Source of the DNA: an uncultured Rhodopirellula sp.
Lineage (GTDB): Bacteria > Planctomycetota > Planctomycetia > Pirellulales > Pirellulaceae
Length of the DNA: 20,000 nucleotides
Direction of reading: 5' to 3'
NCBI GenBank assembly: GCA_964007735.1
Contig: CAXGAI010000007.1
Location: 114,635-134,634 of the forward strand
The notes under the pieces were generated by a model. It saw nothing but the letters and a program-made list of their open reading frames with translations, was not told the DNA's origin and did no database searches. The translations under genes were made by a program, and so were the position numbers. Of the stretch, positions 6,641 through 14,361 are shown in pieces (positions within the stretch are counted from its first letter, which is position 1; each line of letters begins with the position of its first letter).

Positions 6641-8179
6641 ATGAGTATTACCGCTCGACAATTTCTGGAACTCCTGCGACGCAGCGATCTTCTGTCGGAT
6701 GCTGAGTTGAAGAAAGGTTTGCAGGCCTGTAAGGATGATAATAATGGCTCGATCCCGAATAGCCCCGAGAAAATCGCTGATTTCTTGGTGGCCGAGAATC
6801 TGATTACGACCTGGCATCGTGAAAAGTTGCTAAAGCATAAGTATAAGGGTTTCTTTCTCGGGAAATACAAACTATTGGGGCACATCGGGGCCGGTGGGAT
6901 GAGCAGTGTCTACTTGGCTGAACACATGCTCATGCGTCGTTTGCGAGCCATCAAAGTGTTGCCTCGTAACCGAGTCGATGACTCTTCCTATCTTGAGCGT
7001 TTCCATCGAGAGGCTCAAGCGACAGCCGCACTCGATCATCCGAATATTGTTCGCGCCTACGATGTCGACAATCAGGGGCAGACTCACTATCTCGTAATGG
7101 AGTACGTTCCTGGACGAGATTTGATGACAATCGTAAAAGAAGACGGCCCTTTAGACTATTTGCAGGCGGCTAAATATATCTACGAGTCAGCTCAGGGATT
7201 GCAACATGCCCACGACTCTTCGATGGTGCATCGGGATGTAAAACCAGCCAACCTGCTTGTAGGCGAACAGGACTCGATCAAGATTCTTGATATGGGACTT
7301 GCTCTCATGCATGAAGATCATTCAGATCTGGCAGGGCTTACGGATAAACATAATGAGAAAGTGCTTGGAACCGCTGATTACCTTGCTCCAGAACAGGCTT
7401 TAAATAGTCATGAGATTGATGGTCGGGCAGATATCTATGGTCTCGGCTGTACATTGTATTATCTTCTTACCGGACACCCTCCTTTCCCCGAAGGTACTTT
7501 GGCACAACGTATTGCGCAGCATCAAACGACAACGCCACCCGATATTCGAATTGATCGTCCGGATTGTCCGGAAGGACTTGGAAGTATCTGTTTCAAGATG
7601 CTGCAGAAGAATCCTGACCATAGATTTCAGTCTGCCAGAGAAGTGGCGGAGGAATTAGAAGCCTGGCTCAAATCACAGGGGGTTGATATAACCCCGGCCA
7701 AACAGGATGTTGTGCATTTGCCGCAACGGGCTGATGTAGGTCAATCTACAGAAAGTGTGGTGCAGGCGATGCATGCAGCGGTTGCTGTGGCTAATCAGGG
7801 AGCGATTGCTAATGTGCAGTCTTCTATCCAACTCATGGGGGAATATTCAGCTATTGCAGAAAGCAGTCAGGTGGTTTCAGATAGTTTGATAGGTATCGGC
7901 AGTAGCCGTATTACCTTAGGGGATGAGATAGGTGGACAAGCCTTTCAAAATACCTCAAAAAGCCTGCTTGATACCAAGGCCAGTCGAGTGCTGACTAGCA
8001 ACGCCAGTATTTGGAAAATGCTTGCTCTCACTTTGGGAGGTTTGTTATTACTGGGGGGACTGTTTTTGGCAATTCAGCTTCTAACTTCGAAAGTGGAAAA
8101 TGCGACGCCTGATCCCCAAAGTCTGCTTCTGGAAACAGAACACATAGTTTCGTCTGGATTCTCAGAGTCTGGACGTTAA
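6641..8179 (+). CDS. Hanks-type Ser/Thr protein kinase with C-terminal transmembrane helix
   Basis: IGAGGMSSVY, AIK, HPNIVRAYD, HRDVKPANLL, DMG (DFG variant), GTADYLAPEQ and DIYGLGCTLYYLLTGHPPF. Planctomycete-type N-terminal helical extension and a hydrophobic segment (MLALTLGGLLLLGGLFLAIQLL) near the C-terminus. Confidence 0.95.
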   Translation: MSITARQFLELLRRSDLLSDAELKKGLQACKDDNNGSIPNSPEKIADFLVAENLITTWHREKLLKHKYKGFFLGKYKLLGHIGAGGMSSVYLAEHMLMRRLRAIKVLPRNRVDDSSYLERFHREAQATAALDHPNIVRAYDVDNQGQTHYLVMEYVPGRDLMTIVKEDGPLDYLQAAKYIYESAQGLQHAHDSSMVHRDVKPANLLVGEQDSIKILDMGLALMHEDHSDLAGLTDKHNEKVLGTADYLAPEQALNSHEIDGRADIYGLGCTLYYLLTGHPPFPEGTLAQRIAQHQTTTPPDIRIDRPDCPEGLGSICFKMLQKNPDHRFQSAREVAEELEAWLKSQGVDITPAKQDVVHLPQRADVGQSTESVVQAMHAAVAVANQGAIANVQSSIQLMGEYSAIAESSQVVSDSLIGIGSSRITLGDEIGGQAFQNTSKSLLDTKASRVLTSNASIWKMLALTLGGLLLLGGLFLAIQLLTSKVENATPDPQSLLLETEHIVSSGFSESGR

Positions 8180-8267
8180 TAATCATAGAGGAACATAACG
8201 GGTTATGCGGTGGATACTTTATTACAACGCTGGCCTTTCATATTAAGACGGATGAGATGTTGAGAAG

Positions 8268-10187
8268 ATGTTAGCAATCGTCAAACAATCTAATTATTTC
8301 ACGTTGTTGGGTTTACTACTGTATTTGACGGCCATTGATACAGCCACCGCTCAGGTGACGATCACTCCTGAAATGCGGAAGGCTGAAAATGCACTTCGCA
8401 TTAAGATTACTCGTGCCGGGAACTGGTTTGCTCAAGGGAAGATTGATGAGTCAGCAGACCTGGTTGAAGAAGTCCAAAAAGAGTTTGAGGAGCAGATGAA
8501 GGGCGCTGATCAGCAACGTTTGGCTTTGTATTCGAAAGTTTACAACATGCTTAAAAAGGCACATGCCTTGCTTGAACTCGAAGGGATTGAGCTTGCTGCG
8601 TTAAAGCAGCCGATGGTGGCTAAGCCAATGCCCAAACCGCCGGCAAATCCTGGTAATCCCGGCAATGCGCCGATGACTTTGAATGCTGTCCCGGAAGGCA
8701 AGATCAGTTTTGTGAATCATGTAACTCCGATCCTGATGGCCAAATGTGGAAATTGTCATGTGAGACAGGCGCGTGGGATGTTTAGCATGGAGTCTTTTGA
8801 GACTTTGATGAAAGGTCCGGACGCCGGTGTGGTTATCTTTCCTAAAGATGCTGCCGGAAGTCGATTGATTGAAGTGATCGAAGAGGGAGATATGCCTCGT
8901 GGGGGGTTAAAGATTACCGATGTCGAATTGGCTGTGCTGAAAAAATGGATTGATGAAGGGGCTGAATATGATGCAGATGATCCTAAAGGATTACTTGTTG
9001 ATTTAAATCCTGACGCCAGTGTCGGTGATTTGCCTGTCGTCAAGCCAATGAAGTCAACGGGTACGGAGACAGTGAGTTTCAAAAATGATGTGGCTCCGAT
9101 TCTGATGCAGAACTGTGCTTCTTGTCACGGCTTTGGTGATCGTCCTTCGGGTCGGTTTGACCTTGCCTCGTTTAGTGCCATGATGCGGGGTGGGGAAAAT
9201 GGCCCTCCCATTCTGCCGGGTAATCCGGACGAAAGCTTTTTGGTAAAGAAACTATTAGGAACGGGTGGCGGTCAGCGCATGCCTCGGGGACGTGAGCCGT
9301 TAGATGATGCTCAAATGGAGATTGTCACAACATGGATTAAAGAAGGTGCCACCTTTGATGGATTGGACTTTACCACGAATATCCGTCGGGTTGTGGCGAT
9401 TGCGGTTGCTGAGAACAGTACGCATCAGGAACTTGCATCGCAGCGTACCGCATTGGCTGCTTCTAACTGGAATCTGGCAATGCCGGGCATTAATCATGCG
9501 ACGGCTGATAGCGTAAATTTCCACTTGCTTGGGACGCTAACAGCAGCTCGTCTGATGGAATATGGTACTCAGGCAGAAACCATTGCCAGGAAAGTTGGCT
9601 TAGCACTTAAATTGCCAGCCGAAAAACCTCTACTTAAAGGTAAGATCACCCTCTACTTCTTTAATCAACGATACGACTACGGTGAGTTTGGTACGATGAT
9701 CGAGAAAAGATCGCTGCCGCGTCAATGGAAAGGGCATTTCAATTACGATATCGTTGATGCCTACGGAACTGTTTTGATTCCTCGTTCGGAAGACTATACT
9801 TTTGACGGGCTGGTAGCTGAGCATGTGGCTGGTATCTATGCTCGCAGTATAGGAGATGTACCAACCTGGTTTTCGAACGGTATGTCGAGAGTGATTGCAG
9901 CCAAAGTTGTCAAAGGGGACGCACGTATTGATGCCTGGAAAGAATCGATCCCTACGGCGGCGAGCCGTGTCGCAAAATCATCCGATATTGTCACGGGGAA
10001 ACTCGGTGGTGAAGATGGTGCTTTACTCTCTTACAGCTATGTTCAATTCCTGATGGGAAATCAGGCTCGTTGGAATACGCTTGTAAAAGCTATTAGCAAT
10101 GGTGCTAACTTCAATGATGCCTTTACCGGAGCTTATGGCGACACGCCAGAGAAGATTTCTGAAATCTGGTGGAAGTCCGGCTCGTAA
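8268..10187 (+). CDS. Exported di-haem c protein with two planctomycete cytochrome c (PSCyt1) domains and a C-terminal peptidase-MA-like domain
   Basis: N-terminal signal peptide. Two repeats of SF...V.PILM..CxxCH (CGNCH at 8745-8759, CASCH at 9114-9128), each followed by MPRG...WI.EGA. C-terminal region has VPTWFSNG and 'AF..AYG' motifs. Confidence 0.8.
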   Translation: MLAIVKQSNYFTLLGLLLYLTAIDTATAQVTITPEMRKAENALRIKITRAGNWFAQGKIDESADLVEEVQKEFEEQMKGADQQRLALYSKVYNMLKKAHALLELEGIELAALKQPMVAKPMPKPPANPGNPGNAPMTLNAVPEGKISFVNHVTPILMAKCGNCHVRQARGMFSMESFETLMKGPDAGVVIFPKDAAGSRLIEVIEEGDMPRGGLKITDVELAVLKKWIDEGAEYDADDPKGLLVDLNPDASVGDLPVVKPMKSTGTETVSFKNDVAPILMQNCASCHGFGDRPSGRFDLASFSAMMRGGENGPPILPGNPDESFLVKKLLGTGGGQRMPRGREPLDDAQMEIVTTWIKEGATFDGLDFTTNIRRVVAIAVAENSTHQELASQRTALAASNWNLAMPGINHATADSVNFHLLGTLTAARLMEYGTQAETIARKVGLALKLPAEKPLLKGKITLYFFNQRYDYGEFGTMIEKRSLPRQWKGHFNYDIVDAYGTVLIPRSEDYTFDGLVAEHVAGIYARSIGDVPTWFSNGMSRVIAAKVVKGDARIDAWKESIPTAASRVAKSSDIVTGKLGGEDGALLSYSYVQFLMGNQARWNTLVKAISNGANFNDAFTGAYGDTPEKISEIWWKSGS

Positions 10188-10206
10188 AGGCTGGTGGATC
10201 GCATAA

Positions 10207-11268
10207 GTGTTTATTCTCGAAGTTGAATCCGCTCCGGAGTATTTGGTTCAGCAGCAGGTGGTTGCAGATCCGTCTGAGGTTTCTGTTAGTCTGTTGACTG
10301 GTGGCGTCTCAAACCGGGTATTACTGGTTGAATTCGCAGATCGGAACCGAGCCAACTGGGTTGTTAAACAGGCCCGCGATCGTCTGGCTGTTGAACAGGA
10401 ATGGTTGTGTAGTGTTGAAAGGGTGATTCGTGAAATGGACACGTTGCAGATTTGCAACGAATTGATTCAAGCAGCCTCCGCACCATCCATCGGGGTGCAA
10501 GCCGTGGTTCCGGCCATCCATTTTGAAGATAGAGAGAACTACGTCTATGCAATGACAGCCGCAGCAGAAGATTGTCGCGTTTGGAAGCGTGATTTGCTTG
10601 ATGGTGTGGTTGATCAAGCAGTTGCTAAAGCGTGCGGGTGGATGCTCGGTGTTTTACATTCAGGCAGTTGGAAAGCTGAGGCAATTCAAAATTTGATTGG
10701 TTCGACCGAATTTTTTGATGATCTACGACTTGATCCTTACTATCGCCAGATAACACGAGTTCATCCGGAATTACAGGCTCCTGTTAGTCGATTACTTGAG
10801 TCGAATATCAATCATCGTAACTGCCTTGTGCATGGCGATTACAGCCCCAAGAATATTCTGGTGAATGATCAATGCGTGGTTCTGTTGGACTTTGAGGTCG
10901 GGCACTTCGGAGACCCGGCTTTTGATTTAGGTTTCTTTCTGACTCACTTGCATATTAAAGCCCTGATTGCAGGTAATCGATTTGATGAATATGCGTCATT
11001 AATAGATGTGTTTTGGAATGCTTATGTAGAGGAAATATCCAAAGTTCTGTCAGAACAGGAGTTCGTGGCGTTGGAACAACGATCCTGTTTGAATTTAGGA
11101 GGTTGTTTGGTTGCACGAATAGATGGAAAGAGTCCAGTGGAGTATCTGGCCGATGATTCAACCAAGGCCGTGGTTCGAAATGTGGGTTGGCAAGTCTTGG
11201 TAGACGAAGTGGAAGGTTTAGGGGCGGTTCGTGAAATTATGCGAATCCAGTTATCTAAAGAGCAATAA
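10207..11268 (+). CDS. APH / choline kinase / methylthioribose kinase (MtnK)-like small-molecule phosphotransferase
   Basis: GTG start. LTGGVSNRV, VVKQAR, Brenner-type LVHGDYSPKNILV and LLDFEVGHFGDPAFDLGF. Confidence 0.8.
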   Translation: MFILEVESAPEYLVQQQVVADPSEVSVSLLTGGVSNRVLLVEFADRNRANWVVKQARDRLAVEQEWLCSVERVIREMDTLQICNELIQAASAPSIGVQAVVPAIHFEDRENYVYAMTAAAEDCRVWKRDLLDGVVDQAVAKACGWMLGVLHSGSWKAEAIQNLIGSTEFFDDLRLDPYYRQITRVHPELQAPVSRLLESNINHRNCLVHGDYSPKNILVNDQCVVLLDFEVGHFGDPAFDLGFFLTHLHIKALIAGNRFDEYASLIDVFWNAYVEEISKVLSEQEFVALEQRSCLNLGGCLVARIDGKSPVEYLADDSTKAVVRNVGWQVLVDEVEGLGAVREIMRIQLSKEQ

Positions 11269-11273
11269 ACTAA

Positions 11274-12584
11274 ATGACAACGATCAAAAAGATACACGGG
11301 CGTGAAGTTCTGGATAGTCGCGGCCGTCCCACAGTTGAAGTTGAAATCCATACAGAGGATGGGGCAGTTGGCAACGCAATTGCTCCATCGGGTGCATCCA
11401 CAGGTAGCTCGGAGGTGCTTGAGCTTCGAGACGGGGACCCTCGAAGGTACGATGGTCGTGGTGTGCTGAAAGCTGTGGAAAATGTTAACGCGGTCATTGC
11501 ACCGGCACTCTTAGGAAAGGATAGTGCTGAGCAAGGCGTGTGTGACGCAGTGCTGAAAGAACTCGATTCGTCAGCTCAAAAGAGTGTTTTGGGGGGGAAT
11601 GCAACGATTGCGGTTTCTCTTGCATTAGGCCATGCGGCGGCTGCCTCCAAGAGAGTCCCGCTGTACGAACACTTACATCAGATTATTCGGGAAGGAACAA
11701 GTGCATTGGGATTTGATCCCGAACTCTTCCCGGCTCCTGTGCTTCCGGTGCCAGAGACGAATATGATTTCAGGCGGTTTGCATGCCGGAGGAAACCTAGA
11801 TTTTCAGGATGTGTTGATTGCTCCGATAGGAGCTCCTGATTACCCTACGTGTTTGGAATGGATTGTTCGAGTTTATAACCGCTTGGGTAAATTGTTGCGT
11901 GACAGAGGGTTTGAAGGATATCTGGTCGGAGATGAAGGTGGCTATGGTCCTCGGCTTACTTCTAATCGAGATGCGGTGGCATTAGTGACACAAGCGATTG
12001 AAGCTGCTGGCCTTAGTGCAGGTGATGATGTTGCTATTACACTGGATGTGGCTTCAACTCACTTTTACAACGATGGCAAGTATCATTTGCGAGCGGAACA
12101 GGGACGAGTGCTTTCGAGTAGTGAAATGATCGATACGCTGGAGTCCTGGGTCAATGAATTTCCGATCATTTCCATTGAAGATGGACTTGCCGAAGATGAC
12201 TGGGAAGGTTGGCAGGAGTTGCAGAGACGACTCGGAGACAGAATCTTGCTCGTAGGTGACGATTTGTTTACCACCAATGCTGATCGTGTTCGTAGGGGAA
12301 TCGAAATGCAGGCAGCAAACAGTGTGTTGGTAAAAGTCAATCAGATCGGTTCGCTGACGGAAACGATTGAAACAATGGCTGTAGGACGTCAGGCAGGATT
12401 TAGCTTGGTGGTCTCGGCTCGTAGTGGTGAGACAGAGGACTCAACTCTGGCAGATCTGGCCACCGCTGCTGCTGGAGAGCAAATTAAGGTTGGTTCGATT
12501 GTTCGAAGTGAACGACTTGCCAAGTACAATCGGTTATTACAGATTGCTGAGCGAGTAACGGATTTTCAGAATACGCTGGAGTGA
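11274..12584 (+). CDS. eno: Enolase (phosphopyruvate hydratase) family protein, divergent paralogue
   Basis: REVLDSRGRPTVEVE, PSGASTG..E..ELRDGD, VGDEGGYGP, IEDGL.EDDW, LVGDDLFTTN, LVKVNQIGSLTET and QIKVG...RSERLAKYN. Canonical QEF reads QDV here and SHRSGETED reads SARSGETED. Confidence 0.9.
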   Translation: MTTIKKIHGREVLDSRGRPTVEVEIHTEDGAVGNAIAPSGASTGSSEVLELRDGDPRRYDGRGVLKAVENVNAVIAPALLGKDSAEQGVCDAVLKELDSSAQKSVLGGNATIAVSLALGHAAAASKRVPLYEHLHQIIREGTSALGFDPELFPAPVLPVPETNMISGGLHAGGNLDFQDVLIAPIGAPDYPTCLEWIVRVYNRLGKLLRDRGFEGYLVGDEGGYGPRLTSNRDAVALVTQAIEAAGLSAGDDVAITLDVASTHFYNDGKYHLRAEQGRVLSSSEMIDTLESWVNEFPIISIEDGLAEDDWEGWQELQRRLGDRILLVGDDLFTTNADRVRRGIEMQAANSVLVKVNQIGSLTETIETMAVGRQAGFSLVVSARSGETEDSTLADLATAAAGEQIKVGSIVRSERLAKYNRLLQIAERVTDFQNTLE

Positions 12585-12610
12585 GGCACGGCACTTTATG
12601 CTGTAACGTC

Positions 12611-12641
12611 GGAATCACCTGATTCTGGCTCAGGTGACTCC
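12611..12641. other. Stem-loop between eno and the cupin gene (no U-tract)
   Basis: GGAATCACCTGA, loop TTCTGGC, TCAGGTGACTCC: 12-bp stem with one mismatch on the + strand that becomes a G-U pair on the - strand. Confidence 0.45.
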
Positions 12642-12726
12642 CCCCCTAGTCTTCCATCAAACCTTGCCTGGACACTTACTCCCAAATACCTTGTCTTAAC
12701 TCGAATTTAACCGTAGAGAAACTCTG

Positions 12727-13059
12727 ATGTCCTCTAAGTACTTTTTGTCTGCTGATGACTGCACACCAAAGAAGATCTTCCCGGGAGTGGATATTTACAC
12801 GGCCGCAAGCGAGAAAATGATGCTTTCATTAGTGAAATTTGAGCCAGGAGCCGTTGTTGAATTACATCAGCATGAACACGAGCAATGTGGGATTTTGATC
12901 TCTGGTGAACTTACATTTACGGTTGGAGAAGAAACGAGAGTACTCCACCCGGGTGAGATGTGGCGTATCCCGGGGAATATTCCTCATACGTGTTTTGCAG
13001 GCGAGGAGGGTGTGACAGCACTTGATATCTTTACCCCTGTTCGTGAAGATTATCTGTAA
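12727..13059 (+). CDS. Cupin_2 domain protein
   Basis: Metal motifs LHQHEHEQ...SGEL and PGE...IPGNIPH, ending LDIFTPVREDY. Confidence 0.9.
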   Translation: MSSKYFLSADDCTPKKIFPGVDIYTAASEKMMLSLVKFEPGAVVELHQHEHEQCGILISGELTFTVGEETRVLHPGEMWRIPGNIPHTCFAGEEGVTALDIFTPVREDYL

Positions 13060-13100
13060 TTAATTCAAGTTTCATTGCTGATCTTTGACGATGATACTCA

Positions 13101-13106
13101 TATAAT
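13101..13106 (+). promoter_or_regulatory. Putative -10 box of the leader/DAHP synthase transcript
   Basis: Perfect TATAAT ending 51 nt before the leader ATG. No correctly spaced -35 (TTGACG at 13085-13090 is only 10 nt away). Confidence 0.35.
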
Positions 13107-13157
13107 GCACAAAACATGTGAACGCTCGCCTGATGAGTCAAACAGTTATTTAGAGAT

Positions 13158-13238
13158 ATGAATCAGCAACAGACATTTCATTGGTCGTTTTTCTTTACTG
13201 GCCCGTGGCAACGCGGGGTTGGAAGAGATATGTGCTGA
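13158..13238 (+). CDS. Phe/Trp-rich attenuator leader peptide MNQQQTFHWSFFFTGPWQRGVGRDMC
   Basis: ATG 13158 to TGA 13236-13238, 26 codons. Contains 4 Phe (three in tandem) and 2 Trp, lies directly upstream of DAHP synthase and is followed by an intrinsic terminator. Confidence 0.85.
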   Translation: MNQQQTFHWSFFFTGPWQRGVGRDMC

Positions 13239-13278
13239 TGGTTTGCGAACCATTCATATTGAAAAAACTTTCCAGCCC
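13216..13278 (+). promoter_or_regulatory. Antiterminator hairpin of the attenuator
   Basis: GGGTTGGAAG (13216-13225) pairs with TTTCCAGCCC (13269-13278), 10 bp with 2 G-U. It encloses ATATG/CATAT and ATGGTT-TGCG-AACCAT helices and sequesters the 5' arm of the terminator. Confidence 0.75.
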
Positions 13279-13300
13279 GGCAGAAACTGTCGGGTTTTTT
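13274..13300 (+). terminator. Intrinsic terminator (attenuator) upstream of DAHP synthase
   Basis: CCCGGCAG-AAA-CTGTCGGG (13276-13294) followed by TTTTTT (13295-13300), 47 nt before the ATG at 13348. Confidence 0.85.
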
Positions 13301-13347
13301 AATGGAATCGAAACCTCCAAAAACTTATTTAACAGGGAAATAAAGTC

Positions 13348-14361
13348 ATGATCGTCGTTATGAAAAATGGTGCCAGCTCCCAGGAAATCGCTGAAACTGT
13401 TGAACGCATCAAGGCACTGGGGCTTAAAGCTCATATCATTGAGGGGACTGAGCGTACGGTAGTGGCGGCCATCGGTGAAAAACGCGAGGAGATGAAAGAA
13501 GCCCTGGAATCTGGGGACGGCGTTGAGGAAGTAATGCCTATTCTGGCTCCCTATAAGGTCGCTAGTTTGGAAGTGAAACCTGAACCGACGGTCGTTACCG
13601 TTGGCAGTCTGTCGGTTGGTGGACCTAAAATTGGTATTATTGGAGGTCCGTGTAGTGTCGAGTCAGAAGAACAACTAATGAATTCGGCCCGAGTCGTGAA
13701 AGCTGCCGGAGCGACAGCACTTCGAGGTGGAGCATTTAAGCCTCGTACAAGCCCGTACAGTTTCCAAGGGATGAAAGAAGAAGGCCTGAAGATTCTGGCT
13801 GCGGCGAGAGAAGAAACCGGTCTGGCAGTCGTGACCGAAGTTCTGGCGACAGATGATGTTGATCTGGTTGCGAATTACGCGGATGTGTTGCAGATTGGGG
13901 CTCGTAACATGCAGAATTACCGTCTGCTGGAAGCCGTTGGGAATACGGATAAAGCAGTCATGTTAAAACGCGGCGCCTCGGCAACGATGGACGAGTTCCT
14001 TCTGGCTGCCGAGTATATCCTCAATGAAGGCAATCCAAACGTCATGCTTTGTGAACGAGGTATTCGAACTTTTGAATCACATACTCGTTTTACCCTTCCC
14101 TTGGCATCGGTTACTTATCTGCATCACAAGACTCACTTGCCAGTCGTAATCGATCCTAGTCATGGGACGGGGCATGCTTACATGGTGCCGGATATGGCTG
14201 TTGCTGCCGTTGCCGCCGGTGCGGATGGATTAATCATCGAAATGCATCCGAATCCACCGGAGGCGATGAGTGATGGTTACCAGTCCCTAACGCCTGAGCA
14301 ATTTGAAGAAACCATTAGTCGATGCAAAACAGTGGCCGGCGCAATAGGTAAGTCGATTTAG
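13348..14361 (+). CDS. aroF: 3-deoxy-7-phosphoheptulonate (DAHP) synthase, type I-beta, with N-terminal ferredoxin-like/ACT regulatory domain
   Basis: MIVVMK...G.ERTVVAAIG N-terminal domain; GGPCSVES, LRGGAFKPRTSPYSFQG, LQIGARNMQNY, LKRG, LCERGIRTFE, IDPSHGTG and GADGLIIEMHPNP.EAMSDG.QSL. Confidence 0.95.
   Translation: MIVVMKNGASSQEIAETVERIKALGLKAHIIEGTERTVVAAIGEKREEMKEALESGDGVEEVMPILAPYKVASLEVKPEPTVVTVGSLSVGGPKIGIIGGPCSVESEEQLMNSARVVKAAGATALRGGAFKPRTSPYSFQGMKEEGLKILAAAREETGLAVVTEVLATDDVDLVANYADVLQIGARNMQNYRLLEAVGNTDKAVMLKRGASATMDEFLLAAEYILNEGNPNVMLCERGIRTFESHTRFTLPLASVTYLHHKTHLPVVIDPSHGTGHAYMVPDMAVAAVAAGADGLIIEMHPNPPEAMSDGYQSLTPEQFEETISRCKTVAGAIGKSI

Noticed and set aside
8612..8672. Short tandem repeat encoding PMVAKPMPKPPANPGNPGNAP
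   Set aside because: An ordinary Pro-rich interdomain linker with degenerate codons; not a CRISPR array or VNTR.
10207..13059. Reading kinase + enolase + cupin as a canonical methionine salvage cluster (MtnK, MtnW, MtnD)
   Set aside because: The salvage 'enolase' is a RuBisCO-like or HAD protein rather than a true enolase homologue, the 110-aa cupin is too short for acireductone dioxygenase, and mtnA/mtnB are absent from the window.
13195..13434. 79-aa minus-strand ORF over the aroF leader
   Set aside because: Antisense to the aroF start and the attenuator; the plus-strand leader peptide explains the region better.
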